From: Eledone cirrhosa
Taxonomy: Eukaryota
Direction of reading: 5' to 3'
Assembly (NCBI GenBank): GCA_964016885.1
Contig: OZ024740.1
Location: 67,766,001 to 67,830,000, forward strand
DNA length: 64,000 nucleotides
Shown: piece by piece, positions 13,890 to 28,850 of the stretch
Layout: each line of letters starts with the position of its first letter
Numbering within the stretch: position 1 is the stretch's first letter
Translations under genes and position numbers: made by a program
Notes under the pieces: model-generated
Told to the model about the DNA's origin: nothing
What the model saw: only the letters and a program-made list of their open reading frames with translations
The model's database searches: none

Positions 13890-15050
13890 AGAAGAGTAAC
13901 ATGGTTGGCTGTTAAATAACGGCTTTCTTTAAAGTACTGACAATTGTTTCGTTGATCAGGTGCTTCTAGAGTTCGCTAATCGCTTGAGGTTGCGTCAATC
14001 GATTTCCAATAGATTGTTTACCACTGGTCAACACATCAGAGTATGTATATATGAAAATAATTCACTCGTGGCAAGACTTATATAGCAAAACCGCGTAAAA
14101 CCAAAACAATAACATCAATAATAAAATAGCGTATAATTAAAACAATAAAATCAATAATAAGACATGTATGGTAAATAGATAGAGAAGTTACCGATGTAAA
14201 AGGTAAACGGTAAAATATAAGATAGGGTACATTAAAAAATAATAAGGAAATGAGGAAATGGAAAATATAAAGAAATAAAGTAGTGAGAGAGTGCAAGTAG
14301 ATGTTACTAGTTTTGTGTCAGTGTTCTTATAAGTTGGTGCTAACATGAGAAACTAGATTTGAGATGTAGATAAATATGTGTAGAGGGTCCGATAAAAGAA
14401 AGGACAATACATTAGAGATTAATTGATGTATACATGTATTATATTTATGGGCTAGGGATGACGGAACGTTTGATAAACGCTTGTTAAATGTTTTGCTGAT
14501 TGTTCTATCTTAATGGGGTTGGTGGAGAGAGGGTGGAAGAAGTGTAACAAGATTTATGATCCAGTGACCGGTTGGCAGTTTGATAGCTAATAGTGGTGCG
14601 ATGGTGAGTATTCTATATGTTAAAATCTAGGTGATTCAGTACTAATTTTGGGATTGCTGATTCAAATCATGGTGGTTTGAAGTTCGTAAATCTAGTAACT
14701 ATTTTATGCCTACAGAAATGGATCTTTCTATTTTGAAGTTAGGCAGCAGCCTATCGTACCTTAAAACATGTAGTAGTTCTAAATTACAAAGCTCGCAGTG
14801 AGACATACCGTTTCTGTGGGCTTTTGCTACTGATGATTTCGAGCAGCTAATCTTATATTCTAGGTGTTTGTTCTTAAGCTGCCAGATTTTATTGGCGAGC
14901 GTTGTAGAGTTCTCCTGCGCACAGTTCTTCATGGAGTGTCTGTGGACGTACTACCTTTTCTTAAACTCCCCAGCTGTGGAACCTATGTAGAGTTGCCTGA
15001 ATTCACATTACACAGGCACACCATACTCGAATCCAGGCATCTATTTCGTT
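13890..15050 (-). mobile_element. Penelope-like element 3' remnant (GIY-YIG endonuclease fragment plus pLTR)
   Basis: Minus strand reads LYIGSTAGEFKKR*YVHRHSMKN...STTLANKIWQLKNK...CELCNLELLHVL, followed by a hammerhead in the 3' region. Confidence 0.75.
13935..14043 (-). ncRNA. Hammerhead motif with long stem II (A9 mutated to U)
   Basis: TACT-CTGATGT-GTTGACCAG...CTGATCAAC-GAAAC-AATT-GTC-AGTA. Confidence 0.7.
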
Positions 15051-15069
15051 ATATATATATTAGAAATTA

Positions 15070-15276
15070 GAAATTATAAGCTTTCACCGTATTTTAGACT
15101 AAAGACATTTCTAGCCTGAGAGTGGGGCTTTATAACCCTCGGAGAAATGGAAAAAGATGAGTGTTGCCGTACATGTACGGCAACACTCATCTTTTCCATT
15201 TCTCCGAGGGTTATAAAGCCCCACTCTCAGGCTAGAAATGTCTTTAGTCTAAAATACGGTGAAAGCTTATAATTTC
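15070..15276. repeat. 207-bp near-perfect spacerless palindrome
   Basis: Centre GTACA|TGTAC at 15173/15174. Arms differ by a 1-nt indel in an A/T run. Confidence 0.95.
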
Positions 15277-15347
15277 AAATATCTAATTTTCAAACTCGCG
15301 CACCGTTTCAAAAACATACTTACATGTTTACATTAATAGTTTGCTTG

Positions 15348-15379
<32 letters not shown>

Positions 15380-15624
15380 TAAATCCACCAATTAATGGTA
15401 GGGTCTAAACCGGATGAAGAACTCAATGTAATCCGTATGTAGAAGATGTCGTGAAGCGAAGTTTAAAATACAAAATGTTCAACGATATAATTCATTGGAT
15501 TCAGTGTCAAAAATATAAATATTAAAACAATGATATTAAACAAAAAAGGGTTAATTCATAGTTACTATGAATTAACTGTTTTTTGTTTAATTTCCTTGGT
15601 TTAATAGTTCTCTCTCTCTATATA

Positions 15625-17689
<2,065 letters not shown>

Positions 17690-17899
17690 GACGAACCCAC
17701 AGCATACACACGTAAACATACATACCTACATCAGCATACATCTCTACCCACATATAAACACAATGACATACGTAAACACACATGTTCTATGGTGCAACAC
17801 AAATAGCCACAAATGTGCATACCTTTTGATGTCTATAGATATAAACGTGCGGACACACACACATACATAAACGCACACATGCATTGCACACTGATGGGC

Positions 17900-18136
17900 A
17901 CATACATATTTGTACACAAGTATTCCAATACGGCAAGGCCTAATGGATTCCCCTTGCAGTACGTACAATCTGGACACACTCCAGATACATATATACAATT
18001 TGTACACATGTATACAATTTGTACACAGGTATACAATTTCTGGACACACTCCAGATACATATTTGTACACAGGTATTCCAATACGGCAAGGCCTAATGGA
18101 TTCCCCTTGCAGTACGTACAATCTGGAAACACTCCC
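17900..18136 (+). repeat. Imperfect tandem duplication (period ~153 bp) in PLE 3' region
   Basis: tattccaatacggcaaggcctaatggattccccttgcagtacgtacaatctgga occurs at 17921 and 18074. Confidence 0.85.
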
Positions 18137-18703
18137 ACACACCTTGGTATTATGCCAATACTATATATCATTTCACACCTTTTATTATTAAGGTTTTTGA
18201 TGTTCTATTGAGAGAATCGATTTTACTGAAAATATCGAATACTGTACACCATTTCACCAGTATCAAAAAAATAATTACTGGTCTACCCACACACACACAT
18301 TCGTGTGCTTAGTATGTGTGTATATTCAGATAAACACAGAAAAATGATTACACAATGACATACCCATACATAAACATACACACACTCAACCTCACACACA
18401 TGCACGCAAAATAATTCCGCTACAGGCAATAGAGAGAGTCACAAACACGCATGTGGAAACACGCATGCACACACTCATCTGACACAACATGAAAATATAC
18501 AGACACACACAAATGTAAACACTAACCTGCATAGAGACAATACAAAAAAGTCACATACACACCCGAAGCACTGAACCTTCTCTACTTCCTCTTAAGCGTG
18601 ATCTTAATAAGACTTTGTATTTTTGCATACCCCTATTTGTTTTCTTTTATTTGACACACACGCGCGCGCGCGTGCACACGCAACCACACGCACGCATACA
18701 TAC

Positions 18704-18770
<67 letters not shown>

Positions 18771-18775
<5 letters not shown>

Positions 18776-19855
18776 GGGATAGAAAGAGGAAAACTACGTG
18801 GTTACACATGAGTTACATATTATACAATTAGTCTCTCATCAGTGATTTGCCAACCATCATTGGTATTTCATCTTATTAAAAATCATATACCTCAGGTTGG
18901 TGCAAGCAATAAATAACTAAAATAAACTATTGGGATAAGTGAATCGCGTAAAGCGAGTGAGACAAGTAAACAACATAGAAGGAAAAGTAAACCGAACGTA
19001 GGAAAAAAGCAAGCAACATGATGGTTATCCGGTCAGCATAAGCTGGGTGAATTTCATGATCGGTCAGAAAACAGACCGTCCGACGTGAATGAGATCTGAG
19101 AAAGAAAGAATCCCACTACTAACGAACGGGAGGAAGTGAGAAGGGGAGAAACAGAGAGTGAATGAGTGGAAGTGCGAGGAAGATGTCAGTCGAGAGAAAG
19201 TGTAACTGACAGAGGTGGCGAAAAAAGGTGAGAGAAACAGAGAGAACGGGGGAGCAGAAAGAGAGAAACAGACAATCGCAGTCGAGGTAAATATGTATAA
19301 AAAACAGGAGAAGAAAGAGGAAAACTGCGTAGTTGCACATGGGTTACATGTTATAAAATTAGTCCCTCATCAGTGATTTGCCAACCATCAATGGTATTTC
19401 ATCGCATTCAAAATCATATACCTCAGGCTGGTGCGAGCAATAACTAAAATAAGCTATTGGGACAAGTGAATCGCGTAAAGCGAGTGAGACAAGTAAACAA
19501 CATAGAAGGAAAAACAAACCGAAGGTAGGAAAAAAAGCAAGCAACATGATGGTTATCCGGTCAGCATAAGCTGGGTGAATTTCATGATCGGTCAGAAAAC
19601 AGACCGTCCGACGTGAATGAGATCTGAGAAAGAAAGTATCCCACTACTAACGAACGGAAGTAAGTGAGAAGGGGAGAAACAGAGAGTGAGTGAGTGGAAG
19701 TGCGAGGAAGAGGTCAGTCGAGAGAAAGTGTAACTGACAGAGGGGGCGAAAGAAGGTGAGAGAAACAGAGAGAACGGGGAGCAGAAAGAGAGAAACAGAC
19801 AATCGCAGTCGAGGTAAATATGTATAAAAAACAGGGGAAGAAAGAGGAAAACTGA
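18771..19855. repeat. Tandem repeat, two ~530-bp units
   Basis: gaaagaggaaaact occurs at 18782, 19313 and 19840. The units are highly similar. Confidence 0.9.
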
Positions 19856-19980
19856 CTCACAAGAGGTTTCCATAGTTAGGTAGCGAGTTCGCGAGAATTC
19901 CTATGCAGGTTATTCTTGGAGTGATAATAGTGAAAGATTGAAGAATAACGTGGTCGGCTGTACAAAACGGGTTTTATTTA

Positions 19981-20077
19981 CAGTATTAACACTTATTTCA
20001 TTGATCAGGTGAGTCTAAACGTCACTAATCACTTGAAGTTTCGTCACTCGACCAGTGATCAAATTATCGGAATACTG
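19981..20077 (-). ncRNA. Degenerate hammerhead, same family as 13935
   Basis: CAGTATT-CCGATAA-TTTGATCA...TGATCAAT-GAAAT-AAGT-GTT-AATACTG. 19941-20075 aligns with 13891-14045. Confidence 0.5.
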
Positions 20078-20601
20078 GAGGGTGTAACACATGGCATTTT
20101 TATTTATAGACACATCGGAGAATCAAGTGAATGTTATTCTTTACTCTTTCACTATATATATATCGTGCACATTGGGTAAGCATTTTTGTTTGCCCATATA
20201 GAAAATGAATATGCGATGCATAGGCTTACGGTAATCCATATTTGTGCACGTATGTGCATGTTTGTTTTTGCATCATCTATATAACAATGGTTGTATTTGA
20301 TTATTCTGTAATGTATTAACATGATGTGATATGAATATAGATAAAAAAAAAAGAGTTAGAGTAGACAAGTATTGGGATATAATTTACTTCTGAGAAATGT
20401 GGGTCTCATTTACATTTACATGCCCTTGAATTACATGAAGCTTTTAAATGAGTGAAAAGGATACGATTATTTTTTAAATACTTCGTCAAGGACTGTCAGG
20501 ATATTCACTACAGACCATAGTCTGATAACTGATTTGGTTACTGGGGAGTAGTTGATGTATGTATATATGTGGATATGTGTGTATGGCTATGTGTACGATG
20601 G

Positions 20602-20646
<45 letters not shown>

Positions 20647-21107
20647 ATGTATGTATGTGGATGTGTGTGTGTGTGTGGAATGAAATAGAGGAATCCAACA
20701 AGAACCCACTATGCATAATTTAGTATATATGATATAAAGTAAATACATTTTATTCATTTTTTATTTTTTTTTATTTATTCAAATTTGAAAAAAAAAATAT
20801 ATATATATATATATTGAACAGAAAATATTAAAATACAACATTCAAAACAACAATAATTATTTTGAAATAAATAAAATAATAAACATCATTTTTGTACCAT
20901 CGAGCTGTCAGAAATGAGAACTATTTTAATAGATGTTCTTCAGATGTTCTTCGGATGCTATTTCAATTTCATTGGCTTAGATTCACGATTTAAGCGAACT
21001 GATGGGGTCGTTACATTGGCTTAAATGCCGCGGTGTTTATTCTGGCCCTATAAGACAATGAGTTCAATTCCCATTGAAACCAATTTACCTTTAATTATTA
21101 TTTTAAT

Positions 21108-21300
21108 GGGCGGTGAATTGACAGTATTGGTGGAGGGTCGGACGCCATGCTTTCCAGCATAGTTACGTCCCTTTACTGTCTGAGTTCAAATTCCGTCGAG
21201 GTTCACTTTGCCTTTCATCCTTACAGGGTCTATAAAATAAATTACCAGTAACGTACTGGGTAGTTGCTGGCCTTGTGCCAAATGTAGAAACAATAATTAT
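21108..21300 (+). mobile_element. Dominant SINE family, full copy
   Basis: GGGCGGTGAATTGACAGTATTGGT head, GAGTTCAAATTCC B-box-like motif, GGCCTTGTGCC...TAGAAACAATAATT tail. Confidence 0.88.
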
Positions 21301-21744
21301 TTTAATGGGGTCGATGAATATAGTATCACTCTATGGAGTCGATTCTTCCCATATATCTCTTTCTCACTTCCTTTTAATCAATCTCTCGCTCTCTTTCTGA
21401 TTTTCTTAAGTAATCAGCTTTTGTTATGCCCGAAGAAGGTATGGGCTCCACCAGGTTTAAAAGGTTCAGGAATCATCTGACATTACTATAACCTCACGTC
21501 ACTACTCTAGCATGAGTTACAAGCCTGTACATATATACATTCATAATAAAATACAACGAAATAGGTCAGAAATTAATCTGCACTTAAAAGTTCAAATCTC
21601 GCAACGGTCAACTTTGACTCTCACCCTTTTGATGTCGATAAATAAAGTACAAATTTAGTACTGGCTAATTCCTCTCTGTCTGTCTTTCTCACTTACTGAC
21701 ACTTACTTTTCAGCTGATATCAGCTTTTTTTAAAACACTCCGTT

Positions 21745-22070
21745 TCTTCGTCGAGTGTTGCGATATGCCGTCGACGTAGAAATTGTAGTCCATCACAATT
21801 TCCACCCTCCAACTCCTTCGTTTTCCCAGAACAATTGTGCTGGAAAACCGTAAAAATCTTCATGAAATCGAGCAGCATACGTTTCATCTCATTCCGTCAA
21901 AGCGCGAATTGTGGTTTATTGACACGCGTCACTTCTGTAACTCGAGCTCATTGAAAAGCTTCTGTTCCTTCGTGTCTCGGAGCACGTGAGTGTCCTAGCT
22001 CTGAGAGTGCAAACTTTGCCATTCTTGCAAGTAGCACTCCGGTTGCAATGTCGCACTTAATAACCTCTAC
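21745..22070 (-). pseudogene. Possible very degenerate Ty3/Gypsy RNase H remnant
   Basis: Across frameshifts: CD..GVLL, RTLTCSE, ELEL, FTVFQH, W..EIVMDYNF in the expected order. Weak. Confidence 0.3.
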
Positions 22071-22939
22071 TCGTTTAGTTACCAACTCACCATTGGGTAG
22101 TTTTTTTTTTTATTGCTACGTCTTTACTGAAAACTTTACTGAAAACTGCTTGAATTGGTCTCTTCAGATCGCGCCACAACCAGTTGTTGTTCATTGCGCC
22201 AGTCAACTATCACTTAAGTGAAGTGCTACTCTTGTATCTGTAGACTTTACGCTCCGGCAACCACGCGTTCAGCTTCCAGTAACCGGGCCCCTGTCTTCGG
22301 GTTCTAATTATAGGGAGCTGAAACTAAAATGAATTGTTTACTTATTAAACTAACTAATTATCACTATAATATTATTTCAATCATGTTAATGTGTATTAAT
22401 AGGTTATAGGTATAATTCCGAGAATAGAAATTTAGTTAAATGTTAAAGTTCGTTCGGAGTCCAAAGGCCCATTTTCATTTCATTGACGATGGCTGTGGCT
22501 AGCTGTCTTTTTCAACAAAGTGGATCGAAGAAACATAAACTGCTCAAGGACAGCATGCACCCGCCTTTCCAGAAATCGAATGACTTCATCCTCGAAAACC
22601 CAACGCACAAATTCAAAACAGAAATATGAAATAAACTCTTAAGGGAAAGTAAGAATCGGAGACGAGTGGTATAGTGATAAATTCAGATATTAGCGACGAA
22701 AATATGCGAAAAATACTTCCTACCTCCTAAATCATAAAATACTATTCTCATAGCTTCCTATCCTTGATTGTAATATTATACTTCCAACATCAGATATTAT
22801 AAACTTTAAAAATATATTAAAAACCTTCAGACGAATAGGTAAATGGCGTCTATCAGAATCATGCAGTTTCTATACACCATCCCTCTTTTTTGACTCCATG
22901 TATACCTTAAAAGGTTTATGTTATCTCTATTTCGTTAAC

Positions 22940-23919
22940 AGTATGTAATGTTGTCCAAAAAGGTTTTTCTGTGTCTTACTTTTTTCTTTTTTTTTCTTTT
23001 GGTGTTTGCGTTTTGCGACGGGAAGACGAGTGGTCTGTGTCAGCAAGTGTGTGTGTGTTTGTATTTGTATCAATGTAAGTATATTTTTGGGGAGGTGGAA
23101 TGGAAGAGCTTTCCACGTTTTTCCCTAGAATGATTTTGGTAGTGGTGGTGGTTCAACTGGTGTTGCTGCTATTAGTGGGCTGCCGGTGTGGGTGTTGGTG
23201 AGGCTTTCCATCCCGGCACTGGCGTTGGAATCAATTGTTGCTCCTTTTCTGTAATGGCCACGTTAAAGAATTGTTTTGCGACCGTCGCAGCGAATGTGCT
23301 GTTATCGTTCACTTTTTTTTTCACTTTGTTTTCACTGCTGCTCCTACAGTTACTCTTGATGTTACTTTTGCATTTGGTGATAGTTGTATTGTTCCCGGTA
23401 CTGTTGTTGTTGTTTTCGTTGCTGGAGTTGGTGATGGTTGTGTTGTTTTTGGTTCAGTTGGTGTTGTTTTTGTCGCTGTTACAGCTGGTGTTGATGTTAT
23501 TGTTTTCAATTGTTTCTGTTTTGGTTTTGTTTTTGGTTTTCTCTTTGTTTATGTTGTTGTTGTTGGTGTTGGTGTTGTAATAACGCTGTTAGTGTTGTTA
23601 TTTTTGTTGCTGTCAGTTGTACAGTTATTGGTTACATTATCCATAAGGGTGGGGTTGGTAGGGACGGTGCTTTTGCTCCCAATGTTTAAGCCGCTGTCAC
23701 AAGACAACAGACTCAATGTTGGTGTGTGTGGCTGCACATTTTTTTTTCGAATAAATTTGAAAAAAAAAGAGATTTCAAATATTTGGGTCAAAAGGCCGAA
23801 ATATTATAAAATTCTCCTTCACAGGGTTTACACGAAAGTCTTATGACCCTTTTTCAATAGCAATACAGCAATTAATTCAAACGAAAATCCTCCTAACACG
23901 TCTTCTAAGCTCGACAACC
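22940..23919 (-). mobile_element. 5' fragment of a related Tx1-like LINE (D)
   Basis: Thr/Pro-rich ORF1 start. KALP-like segment (gagctttcc) similar to copy C ~40355. Starts ATT|GG next to (AAT)n. Confidence 0.55.
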
Positions 23920-23928
23920 AATAATAAT

Positions 23929-24143
23929 GATTCCTTATAGGCACAAGGCCAGAAACTTTAGGGTGAAGGGAGAGTCGACTAAATCTCCTTCAGTGCGTGA
24001 CTGGTACTTTATTTTATCGACCCCGTAAGGATCAAAGGCAAAATTAACCTAGATGGGATTTGAACTCAGACCGTAAAGGCCCGGACCTCTATGCTACAAA
24101 GCATGGTGTCTGATTCTCTGCCGATACTACCAATCCACCGCCC
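23929..24143 (-). mobile_element. SINE copy, longer-tail subfamily
   Basis: Consensus match. Confidence 0.82.
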
Positions 24144-24482
24144 TACCAATAATAATAATGAGTACGAACAAGCTGTTAATTAGCATCAATACACCAATAA
24201 TTAATATATATATAAACGGAAAAAATGAAACGAAATTTCATTTCTCACTCTTAGTACGGCTGTTATTCAAATATAAGTATGTATACGTACATCGATATGT
24301 GTATACAGACGTGCAGTAGTATGTATATATATATATACATACATGCACACATATATATATGTACGTATGTATTCACCGAACATTTATTATAATGCTCGGT
24401 GTGTTTGTAAACAAACATCCCGAATTAAGCCGTACAGTGTCTAGCAACCATCGTTGCTCATTTGTTCAACACTGACAAAGGA

Positions 24483-24525
24483 ACACTGTACTAGTTTCAA
24501 GCTTATTAGCTATCGTCAGCAACGT
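24483..24525 (-). ncRNA. Minimal hammerhead, intact core
   Basis: Reverse complement of 25056-25098. Confidence 0.8.
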
Positions 24526-24883
24526 ATACCTTCCTGCCAGATGGTTGAACGTCTGAAAGTATATACTTTCCTTATGCATATTAACGAGTGAGTTAATCGG
24601 TCGGGGTACCGAAAACGATGAACGGAAAAAAATGAAACGAAATTTCATTTCTCACTCTTAGTACGGCTAGTACTTAAATATAAGTATGTATACGTACATA
24701 CATATATGTATACAGACGTACAGTAGTATGTATATATACATACACGCACACATATATATATGTACGTATGGATTCACCGAACATTTATTATAATGCTCGG
24801 TGTGTTTGTAAATAAACATCCCGAATTAAGCCGTACAGTGTCTAACAACCATCGTTGCTCATTTGTTCAACACTAACAAAGGA

Positions 24884-24926
24884 ACGCTGTACTAGTTTGA
24901 AGCTTATTAGCTATCGTCAGCAACGT
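24884..24926 (-). ncRNA. Minimal hammerhead, G12 mutated to C
   Basis: ACGTTG-CTGACGA-TAGCT-AATA-AGCTT-CAAA-CTAG-TA-CAGCGT. Confidence 0.65.
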
Positions 24927-25055
24927 ATACCATATATCATCATTTCATCATGTTTCCGTTTATCGTTTTCGGTACCCCGGCCGATTAACTCACTCATTAA
25001 TATGCATAAGGAAAGTATATACTTTCAGACGTTCAACCATCTGGCAGGAAGGTAT

Positions 25056-25098
25056 ACGTTGCTGACGATAGCTAATAAGCTTGAAACTAGTACAGTGT
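25056..25098 (+). ncRNA. Minimal hammerhead, intact core
   Basis: ACGTTG-CTGACGA-TAGCT-AATA-AGCTT-GAAA-CTAG-TA-CAGTGT. Predicted GUA cleavage after 25092. Confidence 0.8.
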
Positions 25099-25331
25099 TC
25101 CTTTGTCAGTGTTGAACAAATGAGCAACGATGGTTGCTAGACACTGTACGGCTTAATTCGGGATGTTTGTTTACAAACACACCGAGCATTATAATAAATG
25201 TTCGGTGAATACATACGTACATATATATATGTGTGCATGTATGTATATATATATATACATACTATTGTACGTCTGTATTCATATATGTATGTACGTATAC
25301 ATACTTATAATATATATATATAAATATAATA

Positions 25332-25517
25332 ATTGTTTCTACTTTTTGCACAAGGCCATCAAATACCCAGTATATTACTGGTACTTTACTTTATCGACCC
25401 TGTAAGGATGAAAGGCAAAGTTAACCTCGGCGGGATTTGAACTGAGACCGCAAAGGGACGTAACTATGCTGGAAAGCATGGCGTCCGACCCTCTACGATA
25501 CTGCCAATCCACCGCCC
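25332..25517 (-). mobile_element. Dominant SINE family copy
   Basis: Consensus match. Confidence 0.87.
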
Positions 25518-25585
25518 TATATAAATATTATAATAATATAATAATACAAGGACGGTGTTTTAAGCCTTCATTACGTTTATTCATG

Positions 25586-25670
25586 GGTGACACGCGTTTA
25601 GCTATTGATCACCTCAAGCTTCGATCTGTTTCGATCTGGCCCGACTCTGGAATCAAAAGCTCATCGTACC
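25586..25670 (-). ncRNA. Degenerate hammerhead
   Basis: GGT-ACGATGA-GCTTTTGAT...ATCAATAGC-TAAAC-GCGT-GTC-ACC. Three core substitutions. Confidence 0.45.
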
Positions 25671-26470
25671 TCTGGTGTTGTAATGACAGAATATTGTACA
25701 ACGTGTTTGAGTGTGTGTCTACGCTTATGTCCTGTAACTCAGTGGGTCAACAAAATAATCGATAAAATAACTACAAGAGATAAATCAATACGTATTGGGA
25801 TCAATGTAATCGACATGAAGCTTGTGTCCTTGAATGGTCACTGTCAAATAGTTGTAAAGAATAAAAAATAAAAGAATAAAATAATTATTTGGTGCTACCA
25901 ATACACATGATTCTATTCAAGTTTTAGAACCTCTATATACATTGTGTGATCCGTCCATCTTTCCACTTCAAAATTATATCATCTTCAAGGTCATTTAAAC
26001 ATATCTAAAATGTTTTTTAAAATAACATATTTCAGCTACCCTTGATGATTACAGAAAAGAAAAAGTTTCTCCTTCAAAATATAGTAAAACAATCACTATT
26101 TTATATGTCTATAGTTACATTTAGATTTAAAATATAATTTTCAAACATGAATCACTTCGACCGCCCTTCTCTGTAGAGAATCAACATAGACGGCGCCTCC
26201 GGTATTTAAAAAGCCTCCCTTTTATTGTTATAGGAATTCACCACGAAATTATTTTTTCCGGTGTAAGAGGATGGTATATTCAAACTAAATAGACTATACC
26301 CCCACTGTCCAATACGTATTGCTCGCATCCTGTTGAATGTTATCATTGTCACATTTAATAGTTACATAATTAATTACTTATCTATTCGTTTACTGCTTCT
26401 ATGGTATAAACAAATTCCGCCTATGTTTCCTAAAGCTTTGTCGACCGCATTTTACCAAATTTCATACAAA

Positions 26471-26625
<155 letters not shown>

Positions 26626-27312
26626 GTCAATGTAGCCAATGTGGTCTGCATTGGCAAAAGCAATAAAAAAGGTGGGAGAGAGAATGAAATATAGAGGGGA
26701 AGAGAAAGAAAGAAACAAAGGACGTTCTCAGGTGGTATATAGTCTACTTTCAAATAGAAGTCAAAGATACCTGCTTGGGAAAATCAATAACAAATATAAT
26801 TCAAAATCTGAACACATACGACATGGAGAGACAACGATAAACACAGACAGTTCCCTATCTCGTTGACCTCACGTCACCTCTATGTCACTCTGCATCAGGA
26901 TGATGATCTCCTTTCTGATGCTGTTTTGTTATAGGACAAAAGTCGAATATATCTTTTCTTCCCGTATTTCCTCCTGGCTAAGTGTAACACACTGTGCCTC
27001 GTTTTCTCCCTTCTCGTATTTAGTTCGAATCAGCCTGTATTCAACGTGTACTTTTACATTTTATGTTTTAAATTAGCAGAAAAAGAAAGCACTGTCCTAC
27101 TTTAGTATAAATTGTCGTTTTTCTCCTGGTGTTGTAAACGTTTGTGTTATGGAGAGATGATGCTAACTTGAAAATATTTAAATCTCCAGTAGTTAGTTGA
27201 AGAGAAATAATTTTGTCCGTGTTTTTTTCTTGTGTTCATGTCGCTTCTGCTCAGAGTTTGAATTATATGTATATACACACACAAACGTTGTATTGTTAAT
27301 CTATTAGATACA

Positions 27313-28850
27313 CTAGCAGAAGAACCTCCCTTCGGGCGTTTTTTTGCTAGTATATATAGTGTGCAAATATATATGCACATAGATATAATACGTAAATTGA
27401 CAATATGCACATAAACTGAACAAAGACTGTGTTAGACTTACTTCTGTAATCAGTAAAGTAATCCATGATACGTTTAAAAAGAAAGGCGATGATGGAGATG
27501 AAAAAGCGATGAAACTGTTGACGGAAAATGTTCATGAATGTTTGAGAATGTCGATGGGAAGCTTCAAGCAGTGAATTTGAAAATAGATGCTGCTGGTATG
27601 AATGAATGAATTACATTTACCAATATGAAGAGTTGACATTCGCTATATTGTTGTTTTACTGTATTCACATATAGACTTCCTAAGTTTTGGTAGTGTCCCT
27701 TTTCTAGCAGTTAAAAAGAAACTGAATGCATTTCAACTAATAGATAGTGATAGCTGTTTCACATCACATAGAATTTCTTTGTCGACAGAGATTGTCAGCA
27801 AACAGACCCCTTTCATTTAATAATTTTTGTAACTCGTGATAATGCAACATACATCTTACCATGGGAGAAGAATTGTGTTGGTAGATATACACCTATCTTT
27901 TCAATTAACCGTTGATTGGTTGGCATCTCCATGGTTTCCACATAGACCCAGAGATAGGATCTCTTGATGGTTGCCTCAACTATTTGTGGTCTAGCACCAT
28001 GACGTACAACTGGAAGAATTTGCTTCCAGTCACCAGATAGTAATACTGTTAGACCGTCAAATGGCTTTTTTGCAATCTCGAACATCTTTGAAGCTCCTGT
28101 CAATGCATTCAAAGATATGCTTATGTCCCATACCTATCTCATCAATAATTAGCAGGTCAGCTTGCTGCATAATATTACCTGTGTCATCCCTCTTTATGAA
28201 GAAGCAAGTTAATTCAGCAATCACGTTGAGAGGAATGTTGCACGTGGAATGACTGCTATTCCAGATATGGCAGTGGCAAGTGTAATATTTTTTTAGATCG
28301 GAGGTAATCCAATAGGATGTTTATTTCATAGGTCTTTCCTGTACCTGCACTTGCATTCAAGCAGAAAATTCTGCCTTAACTTTCATTTACAGAGGTGATT
28401 ACTTTGTGAAAAATAACCACTTGCTCAGGATTCAATGTTGGCAGAAGTTCATTTATGATTGTTTGCAGTTGGTGTGTATTGAAATCAGTTTCTGCCATAA
28501 GAACCCTGTTAATTTCTGGTATGGCAACAGTAGTTGGGTCTGGCCGAAGAAGTCCATAGTTGGCATGAATGTCCAAGCCATCATGTTGAAGTCTTTGTTG
28601 GATCTTCTTTTGAACAATATGCACGATTTGCATTGACATGACTTGCTCATGATATCCTCTGAAAGACAATTCTTTAATGTATCCCAGAACTGCAGAGGGT
28701 CATTTGGCATGCAGTACAATAAAATGGTGCAGAAGATCTCTCGCAGCTGAGGACCAAGCGTAATGGATGAGGATTCTTCCATAGATTTGTCTTTTTCTCT
28801 ATCTTCACCCAACAGACAAATATGGCAACGGGGCGTATAAATCAATTAAA
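27313..28850 (-). mobile_element. Helitron remnant (PIF1-like helicase fragments plus 3' hairpin-CTAG)
   Basis: QLREIFCTILLYC.P.DP, LNPEQ, KPFDGLTVLLSGDWKQILPVV, FSHGKMYVALSRV. 3' end aacgcccgaagggaggtt..CTAG|T at 27313. 5' end not located. Confidence 0.8.

Larger units (their letters stand above)
24215..25309. mobile_element. Non-coding PLE pLTR-like array: tandem ~401-406-bp units plus inverted copy
   Basis: 24215-24620 is repeated in part at 24621-24931. 24953-25309 is the reverse complement of ~24271-24627. Contains three hammerheads. Confidence 0.8.

Noticed and set aside
17900-19855. CRISPR-like array
   Set aside because: Repeats are whole-unit tandem duplications without unique spacers, in a eukaryotic context with no cas genes.
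21421-21550. Hammerhead-like CCGAAGA with stems GTATGGGCT/AGCCTGTAC and TTGTTATG/CATAATAA
   Set aside because: The GAAA and cleavage segment is absent. Too decayed to call.
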